Source of the DNA: Candidatus Omnitrophota bacterium
Lineage (GTDB): Bacteria > Omnitrophota > Gorgyraeia > Zapsychrales > Fredricksoniimonadaceae
DNA: 64,000 bases
Assembly: GCA_903901225.1 (NCBI GenBank)
Contig: CAIUQE010000037.1
Span: forward strand, 39,885-103,884
Direction: 5' to 3'
Each line of letters opens with the position of its first letter. Position 1 is the stretch's first letter. The notes beneath the pieces are model-generated. The model saw nothing but the letters and a program-made list of their open reading frames with translations, ran no database searches and was not told where the DNA came from. Shown piece after piece: positions 1 to 9,027 of this stretch. Both the position numbers and the translations under genes were made by a program.

Positions 1-67
1 CACAATGATCACACCGTAAAAGAAACCGCTGCTTGAAAAGACCCGTTTGACAGCCGGCAGGAGACCA

Positions 68-2206
68 TTAAAACGCATCGTCATCCCCTTTCCCCGCGTT
101 GAATCCTTCCCGACGGGAAAGAAAAAGAACAGCCGTCAGGGTAAACAGGAACAAAGCTCCCAGGAAATAAATATAAAAATAATGCGCTGGTGTCAGGAAC
201 CGGAACAGAACTTCGCTTTTACCTTCGGGCAGCCATACGCCCTTGAACGAATAGTCAGCTCTTAACAGGCGCGCCTCTTTTCCATTGATGAACACATGCC
301 ATCCGGAATGGTAATTGTCGGACCAGACAAGGAATTTAGGGCCGGGCAGGTCGATCGTCAACTTGACCGTATTCGCGTCAAAAGACAATATTTTGAAGAA
401 AGGCGTCTTATTATCGATGGCCTGCGCCGGCACATTCATGGGCCTCAGGGAACGGACATCCTGCGGTTTTGAAGCACGCGCGGGCAGCAACGCAACGTTC
501 ATATTATTCTGCCAGACCTGCGCCAGTTTAATGAAACCATCTTCGGCCTCATCGTCATACGTGACCGTGTTGTCCACCAGATAAAACTTGGATGACGTGA
601 ACATTAATCTGACCGCCGGTGGCATATGGACAAAAAGTTCCTGATACCAGCGCGTACCGCAATAAATGCCCGCGCCCGTGATGTCTGAGTCAAAAGAGCT
701 TCTTTTCAGATCAAAGCTTGTTGATGCTAAAGCCTGATAACGGCTGACCTGGTCATTCTTACCAGCTTTAAGGGTGTTCCGGGGTAAATAATTTATCAGC
801 GCCACTGATTGGATCATGACCGCTGCGAGCAAAAAACAACCCAGGACTTTGTTGCTCCACTGCCCGCGGAGGACGCCCGCGAAAAATAGGAACGATGCCG
901 CAATCGCGATCCACGATGTCAGGTTCACCCCGTTCTGCGTCAGCGCCCACGCGCCGAACAAAAGGTGCACAACGAGGATATAAACGAAAATTAACGGTTC
1001 GCGTCTGCCGCGAAATTTTACCAGGAATATTTCAAGTTGCCATGCCGCGAAAAGGACCGCCATCGGGAATGCCGCGATCCAGAAGAAGAAGGACATCATG
1101 CGCATGTATTTGAAAATAAAAACATGGTCATACAAAACCTTGTACGCCGGCGTCGTGTCCGTGATCGAAATGACGACCAAAAACAGGACATTCAGCAGAA
1201 GGAACGCGGTGCGGCGCGACAAAGGGTTGATGAATGAGACCAATACCATGAGGAAAAAGAAATACGTCACAAAGAAATCAACAGCTGTCATCTCATTGTG
1301 ATCCGCAAAGACCCTGTCAAAATACCCCTGCGCCATCAAGTCGCCCACCTTGATATGGTTCATGCTGACGGCAAGGGTGGACATTTCAGCTGTCCCCACG
1401 TTACGTCCGGGCATGACGAATTCCCCATGCCTGGAATCACGGAAAAACACAGCTTCAGGCGCCAGCGCCAGCATAAAAAAGATCACGCCGGCGAGGACGA
1501 ACAACTTGTTACCCCTGATAAAAGCCGCGGTATTGGTAAAAAACTCAACAGCCTCGCGCCAGAAAAAAAGAAGGGACAAACAACAAAAGGCCAGTACCGT
1601 TGTGATGAAAAAGAACGGGATATAGGTCGTGAGCCCGATCGCCGTGAAAAGAAGGACGCCGAGGAATTGATGTTTCTTGCGCTCGAGCGCGAACGCCAGG
1701 AAGAAATAAAAGAACCAGACCAGCGGGATGAACAACAGGATGATGTAATCAGAAAAAACCCTGCCGCCCCAACCGGAGAACAGAAGGATCAGGAACGCGG
1801 CCGTATACGCCAGCCTTTCCTTCAAGAAAAGACGGGCAATGAGCCAAAAGCCGACAACCCCCAGAAAATAGTAAACTGTCAGGAAAAAACGGTACGCGAC
1901 AAAATCCGTCGCTCCTATAAGCTTGGCCCCGGCAACAAGCAGATAGAACGGGTTGCCGTCCCCGATCCGCCTCAAAAAGAAACTGTAAGGAAAGCCGTAG
2001 CAATACGTCGGGTCCCACTGCGGATAAACACCGCGGATCAGATTGTTCACAAAGAAAAGCGTTTGCTGATAATACGACCCGTCACCAACATCAGGCAATA
2101 AGCGCGCGGTAATGAATCCCCAGAAGACGGCCATCCACAACAGGAAAGGAAGGACCACCAGGAAAATAAATTCGCGGCGAATGGGTGTGGAAAGAAAGCG
2201 GTTCAT
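68..2206 (-). CDS. YfhO-family polytopic membrane protein (GT-C type glycosyltransferase candidate)
   Basis: 712-aa ORF with many hydrophobic helices and a large C-terminal soluble part; N-terminal motif GVYPQWDPTYCYGFPY resembles the YfhO GslPlWNPy signature; start ATG overlaps the gpsA stop (ATGA). Confidence 0.5.
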   Translation of the reverse strand: MNRFLSTPIRREFIFLVVLPFLLWMAVFWGFITARLLPDVGDGSYYQQTLFFVNNLIRGVYPQWDPTYCYGFPYSFFLRRIGDGNPFYLLVAGAKLIGATDFVAYRFFLTVYYFLGVVGFWLIARLFLKERLAYTAAFLILLFSGWGGRVFSDYIILLFIPLVWFFYFFLAFALERKKHQFLGVLLFTAIGLTTYIPFFFITTVLAFCCLSLLFFWREAVEFFTNTAAFIRGNKLFVLAGVIFFMLALAPEAVFFRDSRHGEFVMPGRNVGTAEMSTLAVSMNHIKVGDLMAQGYFDRVFADHNEMTAVDFFVTYFFFLMVLVSFINPLSRRTAFLLLNVLFLVVISITDTTPAYKVLYDHVFIFKYMRMMSFFFWIAAFPMAVLFAAWQLEIFLVKFRGRREPLIFVYILVVHLLFGAWALTQNGVNLTSWIAIAASFLFFAGVLRGQWSNKVLGCFLLAAVMIQSVALINYLPRNTLKAGKNDQVSRYQALASTSFDLKRSSFDSDITGAGIYCGTRWYQELFVHMPPAVRLMFTSSKFYLVDNTVTYDDEAEDGFIKLAQVWQNNMNVALLPARASKPQDVRSLRPMNVPAQAIDNKTPFFKILSFDANTVKLTIDLPGPKFLVWSDNYHSGWHVFINGKEARLLRADYSFKGVWLPEGKSEVLFRFLTPAHYFYIYFLGALFLFTLTAVLFLSRREGFNAGKGDDDAF

Positions 2207-3207
2207 TCAGATTTTAATGACCTGGCCATAAGGCCGGCGACGGCTTTAAGCGGGTTTTTGCGGGCGTAGAGAACCTGATAAACGGCGTCCGTGATCGGCA
2301 TCTCAACGCCAAGCTTTTGTGCTAACCGGTGTACGGATTTGGCCGTGACAACACCTTCAACGACAGCATCCATCGATGAAAGGACCTCTTTGACAGGCCT
2401 GCCACGCCCGATCTCACAGCCAGCCGAACGATTGCGGCTATTAGGGCTGAAACATGTGGTGGCCAGGTCCCCCAGGCCCGCAAGGCCATTGAACGTGGCG
2501 GGATCAGCTCCCATCTTTCTACCAAGACGTTTCATTTCAACAAGCCCGCGCGTCAGGATCGCGGCCTTGGTATTGGTCCCGAAACCCAGCCCGTCGCAAA
2601 TACCGCACGCCAGGGCAATGATATTCTTCACGCTGCCGCACAACTCCACCCCGAGGATGTCGTTGTTGGTGTAAATGCGGAACGTTGCCGAGCTGAACAA
2701 AGCCTGGACATAAGAAGCCAGGCGCGGGTTCCTGGCGGCGGCCACGGCCGTGGTGGGGATGTTCTTCGCGACCTCGATCGCTATGGTTGGCCCTGAAAGG
2801 ACGGCCACGTCAACATCGCCGAGTTCCCTGACGATCAACTGCGACATGGTGTCAAATGTCCCCAGTTCGATGCCCTTGACCACGCTCACAAACGCTTTAC
2901 GCGCATGCTCATGGCGGTGGATCTTTTTCAATGTGGACGCCAGGAACTGCGACGGGACCGCAAGGACAATGACATCATTCCCTTCAACAGCGGCACCCAG
3001 GTCATCCGTCAACGCCACCGCGTCGGGTATCCTGATCCCGGGAAGGAATTTCCTGTTGACGCGAAGCTTGCGGGTCCGCGCCACATTCTCCGGAAAAGCG
3101 CCCCAGATGGTAGCATGATGGCCGTTACGCGACAAAAGGATGGCCAGCGTGGTCCCCCAGGCACCGTCACCGATAACGGCTATTTTAGCGGGTGAAATAT
3201 TCATCAT
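2203..3207 (-). CDS. gpsA: NAD(P)H-dependent glycerol-3-phosphate dehydrogenase
   Basis: N-terminal Rossmann motif AVIGDGAWGTTLA and full-length similarity to GpsA; ORF extends to 3258 but the ATGATGA at 3201-3207 overlapping the upstream stop is the likely start. Confidence 0.85.
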   Translation of the reverse strand: MMNISPAKIAVIGDGAWGTTLAILLSRNGHHATIWGAFPENVARTRKLRVNRKFLPGIRIPDAVALTDDLGAAVEGNDVIVLAVPSQFLASTLKKIHRHEHARKAFVSVVKGIELGTFDTMSQLIVRELGDVDVAVLSGPTIAIEVAKNIPTTAVAAARNPRLASYVQALFSSATFRIYTNNDILGVELCGSVKNIIALACGICDGLGFGTNTKAAILTRGLVEMKRLGRKMGADPATFNGLAGLGDLATTCFSPNSRNRSAGCEIGRGRPVKEVLSSMDAVVEGVVTAKSVHRLAQKLGVEMPITDAVYQVLYARKNPLKAVAGLMARSLKSE

Positions 3208-3908
3208 TTCCAGGCAAACTTCTCTCGAAGTATCTCCCAATAGTACGCCGCGCCCCATTTCAGGACCTGGAGCTTGCGTTCTCCCCCGTCGCGTTTTGGT
3301 TCATCACCGGGGATCTCGGATATCCTCAATTTACGTTTGGCGGCACGGACGGACAATAACGGCTCCCAGCTGACATGGGTCCTGAATAAACGCTCTTCAT
3401 AAGAAAAACTTTCATCCTTATCCAGGTCAAGTTCATGGATCAGCCCCTTACGGTAGATCCTGTAAATGACCATCGCATCCGTGTAACGCGCGCCGTGAAA
3501 GAAATTGATCGACCCGGTAAAGAGCCAGTTACCGAAAGCCGTGACAATATCATCATCGTAACTTTTCGCGCCGGGAGCATAGCGCGACACAATGACCATG
3601 TCGCGACCCTTATTGAATTCCTCGATGCAGGGCCCCAGCAATTCAGGGATCGAGTTGCCGTCAGGGCTGAAGGTCAGGATGGCGTCGCCCCTAATAAAAG
3701 GAAGGGCATCCATGTACGCACCGCGGATGCCGGGGCTTTTCTGGATGACAACGTCATACCCCATACTCCGGGCGACCTCAACGGTCTTGTCTTTGGAATT
3801 GCCATCGACCACAAGGATCTGCTCAAAAAGCGAATGGTCGACGCGCGGCATGACATGGCGCATGCCGGTCTCTTCGTTCAATGTGGGTATAAGCAACGTT
3901 ACTTTCAT
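3204..3908 (-). CDS. GT2 family glycosyltransferase (polyprenol-phosphate sugar synthase-like catalytic domain, no C-terminal TM)
   Basis: LLIPTLNEE...VVDGNSKD...SPDGN motifs typical of GT2/DPM1-like enzymes; 234 aa. Confidence 0.7.
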   Translation of the reverse strand: MKVTLLIPTLNEETGMRHVMPRVDHSLFEQILVVDGNSKDKTVEVARSMGYDVVIQKSPGIRGAYMDALPFIRGDAILTFSPDGNSIPELLGPCIEEFNKGRDMVIVSRYAPGAKSYDDDIVTAFGNWLFTGSINFFHGARYTDAMVIYRIYRKGLIHELDLDKDESFSYEERLFRTHVSWEPLLSVRAAKRKLRISEIPGDEPKRDGGERKLQVLKWGAAYYWEILREKFAWK

Positions 3909-3943
3909 TGAGACCTTACGGAAGTGTATACTTGTGTCATTAG

Positions 3944-4017
3944 TGGAGCGAGAGACCGGAATCGAACCGGCGTCACCAGCTTGGAAGGCTAGGGTTCTAC
4001 CACTGAACTACTCTCGC
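3944..4017 (-). tRNA. tRNA-Gly (anticodon TCC), CCA encoded
   Basis: Reverse complement GCGAGAGTAGTTCAGTGGTAGAAC...CCTTCCAAG...GGTTCGATTCCGGTCTCTCGCTCCA folds as a cloverleaf with anticodon UCC. Confidence 0.85.
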
Positions 4018-4039
4018 GCAAATCTAAAATATTCGTCGA

Positions 4040-4050
4040 ATTATACCACA
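4040..4050 (-). promoter_or_regulatory. extended -10 element (TGtGGTATAAT) about 20 nt upstream of tRNA-Gly
   Basis: Minus-strand sequence TGTGGTATAAT with perfect TATAAT; no good -35; same TGTGGTATAA core as the divergent tRNA-Thr promoter. Confidence 0.35.
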
Positions 4051-4156
4051 GAGACATTTTCGGATACGGATTTTTGTAAAAAATGACAAAATACCCTTTG
4101 GGGCGGATCTTTCTAATGAAAAATCCGGATTAAAATATGCTTTTCCAAAAACATCC

Positions 4157-4185
4157 TCGACATGGCCATGAAGGTGTGGTATAAG
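4157..4185 (+). promoter_or_regulatory. sigma70-type promoter for tRNA-Thr/tRNA-Tyr (TCGACA-17-TGgTATAAG)
   Basis: -35 TCGACA (5/6), 17-nt spacer, extended -10 TGGTATAAG ending about 10 nt before the tRNA-Thr 5' end. Confidence 0.45.
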
Positions 4186-4194
4186 ATTCATCTC

Positions 4195-4267
4195 GCCGAC
4201 GTAGCTCAGTTGGTAGAGCAGCTGATTTGTAATCAGCTGGTCGGGGGTTCGACTCCTCTCGTCGGCT
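4195..4267 (+). tRNA. tRNA-Thr (anticodon TGT)
   Basis: GCCGACGTAGCTCAGTTGGTAGAGCAGCTGATTTGTAATCAGC...GGTTCGACTCC...CGTCGGCT cloverleaf; anticodon loop TTTGTAA. Confidence 0.85.
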
Positions 4268-4288
4268 TTTTTTGACAAAATTTCATGT

Positions 4289-4374
4289 GGGTAGATACCC
4301 AAGTGGCCAAAGGGGACAGACTGTAAATCTGTTGCGCTTGCGCTTCGAAGGTTCGAATCCTTCTCTGCCCACCA
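4289..4374 (+). tRNA. tRNA-Tyr (anticodon GTA), long variable arm, CCA encoded
   Basis: GGGTAGATACCCAAGTGGCCAAAGGGGACAGACTGTAAATCTG...TTCGAAGGTTCGAATCCTTCTCTGCCCACCA; closely resembles bacterial tRNA-Tyr. Confidence 0.85.
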
Positions 4375-4388
4375 TTCTTTCTCCATAG

Positions 4389-4430
4389 CAAAAGACCTCT
4401 TACCCGAATGGGAAGAGGTCTTTTGCTTTT
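4389..4430 (+). terminator. rho-independent terminator after tRNA-Tyr
   Basis: AAAGACCTCTT-acccgaatggg-AAGAGGTCTTT perfect 11-bp stem (extendable) followed by TTTTGCTTTT. Confidence 0.55.
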
Positions 4431-4521
4431 GAAGGAGAAAGAATGGTGGGCTCCCAAATGGGCGGACATAAAGTCCGCCCCTACGCCTAATATTCTTCCC
4501 GGACGCGTGCGTGAACTTTTA

Positions 4522-5319
4522 TCAGTACGTCTTGAAATTCTTCCAGGTCGAATTCCTGAGAGTTACGGTGCCGTACAGGTAGAGCATAGACACATCGGCG
4601 GCAGACAAGGCGCGGTTGTAAATGCGGACGTCGTCCACGAAGCCTTTCCAGCGGTTACTCGCTGAACCTACATATCTACCTATATATCCAGTCACAGGAT
4701 TTGGAAGAGATAATACATCATTGCCTGGAGATGCTCTTTTTATCCCATCCACATAAAGACAAGCTTGAGTGCTATCCCAAGCTGCTACAACATGATGCCA
4801 ATTGTTATCATCATAATTGGGACTGGAAGAAACTATATCTCTGGCACTCCCTGAAACGACATAATATGCGTGCAAATAACTCCCTATGCCACTTGAAGCA
4901 ACATCTGCCATGAAAATCCCAACTCTATTAGAGCTTGTTCCTATCTCTACAATTCTTGCGTTTGTATTTGTTTGTGTCCCACCCTTAATCCAAACACTGA
5001 GTGACCCCGTATTTACAACCTATGCTGCGGAAGACGGAATAGCCACGTCCTGACTGCTCGCCGGATCGAAACTCATCGCACCCTGCCCGATCTTCCCCTT
5101 CACATAGGTCGGGCCACCTGTACACGTCCCCGTGTTACCGTGATTGCTGGCATCCACGACCGTTGCGCCGGCGCAGGTACCCGAAGAGGCTTCGTCAAGC
5201 TTCCAATACCCTACCAGCCCCGACCATATATCAGCATAGCAAGGGATAGACTGGAAGAAACAAAACGTGAAGATCAAAAGTATTAAAAAAGTTCTTAGGG
5301 AAGGATGTCGGCTGGCCAT
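4522..5319 (-). pseudogene. secreted LamG / concanavalin A-like lectin domain protein interrupted by one in-frame TAG (at 5020-5022)
   Basis: ORFs 5020-5319 (signal peptide + LamG N-terminal part) and 4522-4911 (LamG C-terminal part with DDVRIYNRALS motif) are in the same frame; the 36 codons between them have no stop and read VVNTGSLSVWIKGG..., which is LamG-like; the single TAG sits where Leu is expected (TTG to TAG). Confidence 0.6.
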
Positions 5320-5329
5320 AACTTTTTAA

Positions 5330-5358
5330 ATCATACGTCAATGTGGCTCACTTTACAA
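5330..5358 (-). promoter_or_regulatory. candidate promoter for the LamG gene (TTGTAA-17-TATGAT)
   Basis: Minus-strand TTGTAA, 17-nt spacer, TATGAT, about 10 nt upstream of the ATG at 5319. Confidence 0.3.
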
Positions 5359-5371
5359 TTCCAAAATGCCT

Positions 5372-5400
5372 TTTCAAAAATTTGCGAACAACGCTATACT
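5372..5400 (+). promoter_or_regulatory. candidate promoter (TTTCAA-17-TATACT) placing the TSS at or next to the ATG at 5407 (leaderless mRNA candidate)
   Basis: -10 TATACT ends 6 nt before ATG 5407; no Shine-Dalgarno sequence upstream. Confidence 0.3.
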
Positions 5401-5406
5401 GAACTC

Positions 5407-5670
5407 ATGGCTGAAAACTCTGAACTCCTTAGCGGTATACCTCTTCCCCCCGGCACCGCCGCCATGTTCTCCCCCGCGCTGCTCATCGGAGGGCTGATCT
5501 TTGGCTCAGTGGGCGCGTATGCCTTCATCCACGGCTGGAAAACCAAGGCCTGGCGCTCCCTGCTCATTGGCAGCGCTTTGTCGGTCTACCCGTGGTTCGT
5601 CACCAACACGATCCTTTTCTACCTCCTTGGCATCGGGTTATGCGTACTTTTATTCAAATTCCGTGATTAA
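5407..5670 (+). CDS. small hypothetical membrane protein (two predicted TM helices)
   Basis: ORF 5305-5670; start chosen at internal Met 5407 (MAENSELL...) because the upstream part is low-complexity and promoter-like; hydrophobic segments LLIGGLIFGSVGAYAFI and ILFYLLGIGLCVLLF. Confidence 0.4.
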   Translation: MAENSELLSGIPLPPGTAAMFSPALLIGGLIFGSVGAYAFIHGWKTKAWRSLLIGSALSVYPWFVTNTILFYLLGIGLCVLLFKFRD

Positions 5671-5718
5671 CCTCATGGGATTGTTGCGCCGCAATTTCTT
5701 CTCTGCTATCATACGCGC

Positions 5719-7422
5719 ATGCTTGAATCACTTACCATAAAGAACTTCGGCATCATCGACCAGGTCGCCCTCGAGCTTTCCCCTCAGCTTAATATCATGA
5801 CCGGCGAAACAGGCGCGGGGAAATCCATCCTCATTGACGCGCTGCGCTTCTGCCTGGGCGAACGGTTCCAATCCAGTTACCTGCGCGACGACAATGCGCC
5901 ATGCACCGTTGAAGCCGTTTTCCGGCTTTCGCCACAACTTCTCAAGGCATTGCCCTTGCTCGAAGACTTCCCTTCCGAAGATGGCGTAACTATCATCCAG
6001 CGCAGTGTGAGCGCTGACGGCAAGAACCGCGTCAAGCTCAACGGCCTTTCAACCACTGTCGCGCAATTAAAAGAGATCGGTGATACGCTCATCGATTTTC
6101 ATGGCCCCCACGACCATCAGCAATTACTGGCCGAGCACCATCATCTGGAGATCATTGACGCTCTGACCGACCTTAAAGATGTCCGGGCGGAATACGCCCC
6201 TTTATACCAGGACTACCTCCAGGCCCAGGAAAAACTGCGGCATTTGACCGAACTGGCCCAAACCCGTGAACGCGACCTGGATCTATTGACCCATCAGGTC
6301 AAGGAACTGGAACAAGTCCCCCTTGACGAAGAGTCTTTTGAAGCCTTGCAACGCGACCATGTCAAGATCAGCAATGCGTCTAAACTTTATGAAAACATCT
6401 CCCTGGCGGTGGATTGCCTCGAGAACGATGAGGCTGGTGCGAATGCCACGCTCGGCCGCGCTTTCAAGCCTCTTCAAGCCCTGACCCGCATTGATGAGAA
6501 GGCATCTGAATTTGTCGACACTCTCGCTGCCGTCCAGGAACAGTCCGCCGCCCTCGCCGCCAGGCTCAAGGACTATTCCGACTCGCTGTCATTCGATCCC
6601 GGGTTTGCTGAGGGGATCAATGAAAAATTCGACATTTATCACCAGATCCAGCGCAAATACGGCCCGACACTCAAAGACGCGCAACTTTTTTATACCCAGG
6701 CCGCCGAGAAACTCGCCCTGCTGAGCGACTACGAACACAACACCGAGGTCATTCGCGAAGAGATCAAGGACAAGGAAGACACACTGTCCAAACTGGCCCA
6801 GACCATTTCCCTGCGCCGCAAAAAAAGCGCCGGTCTACTCAAACAAACCATTGAAAAAGAACTTCAGGAACTTGGCTTTAAAGCGGTCATTTTTGAAGCC
6901 CATGTTAACAAGAGCTCCCTGGGGCCTTCGGGGGCCGATACCGTCACATTCTTTATCAGCACCAACGCGGGTGAAGCCCTTAAACCGCTGGCAGAGATCA
7001 TTTCTTCGGGTGAAGCGGCACGCGTCATGCTGGCCGTCAAACGGGCCCTGATGAAGGTCGACCCGGTGCCTGTGCTCATTTTTGATGAAGTTGACGCGCA
7101 GATCGGCGGCCGGCTAGGCACCGTCATCGGCACAAAACTCAGCGAGATCGCGGCCCACCGGCAGGTCATCCTTATCACCCACTTGCCACAAATCGCCGCG
7201 TTCGCCCAGACACATTTTAAAATATCCAAAGTTGTTGAAAAAGGACGGACAAAGACCACGGTAACCCCCATAACCGGCCAGGACAGGGTCAATGAGCTGG
7301 CTCATATGATGGCCGGTGACACCATGACCGGCACGGCGCTGAAACATGCCGAAGAAATGCTCAGGAACGTGGATCCTGCTGTCACGGCCACGGCGACAAA
7401 ATCAAAAAAAGGACGCCTCTGA
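5719..7422 (+). CDS. recN: DNA repair protein RecN
   Basis: N-terminal MLESLTIKNFGII...MTGETGAGKSIL Walker A, coiled-coil middle, C-terminal SMC-like signature; 567 aa. Confidence 0.9.
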   Translation: MLESLTIKNFGIIDQVALELSPQLNIMTGETGAGKSILIDALRFCLGERFQSSYLRDDNAPCTVEAVFRLSPQLLKALPLLEDFPSEDGVTIIQRSVSADGKNRVKLNGLSTTVAQLKEIGDTLIDFHGPHDHQQLLAEHHHLEIIDALTDLKDVRAEYAPLYQDYLQAQEKLRHLTELAQTRERDLDLLTHQVKELEQVPLDEESFEALQRDHVKISNASKLYENISLAVDCLENDEAGANATLGRAFKPLQALTRIDEKASEFVDTLAAVQEQSAALAARLKDYSDSLSFDPGFAEGINEKFDIYHQIQRKYGPTLKDAQLFYTQAAEKLALLSDYEHNTEVIREEIKDKEDTLSKLAQTISLRRKKSAGLLKQTIEKELQELGFKAVIFEAHVNKSSLGPSGADTVTFFISTNAGEALKPLAEIISSGEAARVMLAVKRALMKVDPVPVLIFDEVDAQIGGRLGTVIGTKLSEIAAHRQVILITHLPQIAAFAQTHFKISKVVEKGRTKTTVTPITGQDRVNELAHMMAGDTMTGTALKHAEEMLRNVDPAVTATATKSKKGRL

Positions 7423-7425
7423 CAC

Positions 7426-8175
7426 ATGGATCTCTGTGAACGGACTTCCAATACTATTCGCCATCCCTGGGAAACGACCCGCGCGCGCATGATCTTAAAG
7501 CTTCTCGCGCGGGAAGTACCTGATGAAACCCCGTTGCGCGTCCTTGACGTCGGCTGCGGCGACGGCTATTTCCTGAAACTGGTCAAAGAAAAATTCCCGC
7601 GCGCAAGCATTGACGGTGTGGATCTGAACATCGATACCGCGGTCAAAGAAGACCTCAGCCGGCATGGGATCGGGACGGCCAGGGATATCCGGGACCTCAA
7701 AGGCCCGTACGATGTCATATTCCTGCTGGATGTCATTGAACATTTGAATGACGACGCATCGCTGCTTGAACAGCTGGTCAAAGGATACGCAGGCAAAGGA
7801 TGCCTTTTCATCATCACGGTCCCCGCCCATCCCGCGCTGTTCTCATCCCAGGACCGTTTTCTGCGCCACTACAGGCGTTACCAAAGGCACACTTTCCTTC
7901 GACTGGTCCGTAACGCGGGCCTGAACATAGATCAGGACGGGACAATGTTCGCTTCATTACTCTTCCCCCGATTGGCAAGCTGCCTGGCAGAAAAATTTTT
8001 GCGCCTGCAACCCCGACAGCACGCCGGCCTTGGACAATGGCGGCATGGCGCATTCCTAACCATGATGGTCGAGGCGCTGCTTGATGTTGATAATAATTTC
8101 CTGTTTATTGTCCGGCGGATGGGCCTAGCCCTTCCCGGATTAAGCCTCTGGGCTTTCGCAAGGAAAAACACATGA
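7426..8175 (+). CDS. class I SAM-dependent methyltransferase
   Basis: VLDVGCGDGYFL motif I and downstream acidic motif DVIFLLDVIEHL; 4 nt after recN, ATGA overlap with next gene. Confidence 0.7.
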   Translation: MDLCERTSNTIRHPWETTRARMILKLLAREVPDETPLRVLDVGCGDGYFLKLVKEKFPRASIDGVDLNIDTAVKEDLSRHGIGTARDIRDLKGPYDVIFLLDVIEHLNDDASLLEQLVKGYAGKGCLFIITVPAHPALFSSQDRFLRHYRRYQRHTFLRLVRNAGLNIDQDGTMFASLLFPRLASCLAEKFLRLQPRQHAGLGQWRHGAFLTMMVEALLDVDNNFLFIVRRMGLALPGLSLWAFARKNT

Positions 8176-8927
8176 ACACAACGGTCCTGGTCATTCCATG
8201 TTTCAATGAAGCCGCCCGCCTCAACGGCGACGCGTTCACGGCTTTTCTTCAACGGCATCCCCATATCCATTGCCTGTTCGTCAATGACGGCAGCACGGAT
8301 ACCACGGCCGGGATACTTGATAGCCTGGCCCAAAAGTCGACCAACATCTCCGTCTTGCATCTTAAAACAAACTCAGGAAAGGCAGAGGCTGTCCGACAAG
8401 GTTTTATTAAAGCTTTTGCCATGAAGGCGTCCGCGGTCGGGTTCATTGACGCTGACCTGGCCGCCCCGCTGGAATGCGTCCCTGAACTTGAACACTACCT
8501 CATCGAACCAAGGACCGAGATCGTCATAGGCGCGCGTGTCGCGCTTTTAGGCCGTCGCATACAACGTGACGAAACGCGGCACTTTTGCGGCCGTGTTTTC
8601 GCGACGCTGGCTTCCAGAGTGCTTCATCTTCGTATTTACGATACTCAATGCGGCGCCAAACTGTTCAGGGTCACGGACCGGCTAAAAAAAGTATTCGCGG
8701 CTCCATTCTCGGTCAAATGGATCTTTGACGTGGAGATCCTCGCGAGGTTCATGATCACGGAAAAAGACGGTTATACCCTGGTGCGGGATATCTGCGTTGA
8801 ACACCCCCTGCAAACATGGACCGATATCAAGGGGTCCAAGCTCCGCTCCAGGGATTTCTTCATCAGTACGCTTGACCTGTGGAAGATCTACGTGTTAATC
8901 CAAAAAAATACCTTGCCGCCGTATTGA
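8172..8927 (+). CDS. GT2 family glycosyltransferase
   Basis: VLVIPCFNEAARL...FVNDGSTD...IDADL motifs of GT2 nucleotide-sugar transferases. Confidence 0.7.
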   Translation: MNTTVLVIPCFNEAARLNGDAFTAFLQRHPHIHCLFVNDGSTDTTAGILDSLAQKSTNISVLHLKTNSGKAEAVRQGFIKAFAMKASAVGFIDADLAAPLECVPELEHYLIEPRTEIVIGARVALLGRRIQRDETRHFCGRVFATLASRVLHLRIYDTQCGAKLFRVTDRLKKVFAAPFSVKWIFDVEILARFMITEKDGYTLVRDICVEHPLQTWTDIKGSKLRSRDFFISTLDLWKIYVLIQKNTLPPY

Positions 8928-9027
8928 GCGCGTGATAATTTAACCTCTACTTTCCGCGGAACAACAGGGTGTGTCCAGCCCACCTTATATCGTTAACTTT
9001 GAGACGAACAACACAAGGAGTTCCTGT

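Noticed and set aside
4024-4469. ORFs 4024-4386 and 4233-4469 on the minus strand
   Set aside because: They overlap the tRNA-Thr and tRNA-Tyr genes and the terminator and have no protein-like features. They are artefacts of ORF calling over structured RNA genes.
4522-5319. TAG reassigned as a sense codon (alternative genetic code or pyrrolysine) to explain the in-frame TAG in the LamG gene
   Set aside because: hisD (43987-45210) terminates with TAG 10 nt before hisB. Nearly all other genes end in TGA or TAA followed immediately by the next gene. TAG therefore functions as a stop here, so a nonsense mutation or a sequencing error is the simpler explanation.
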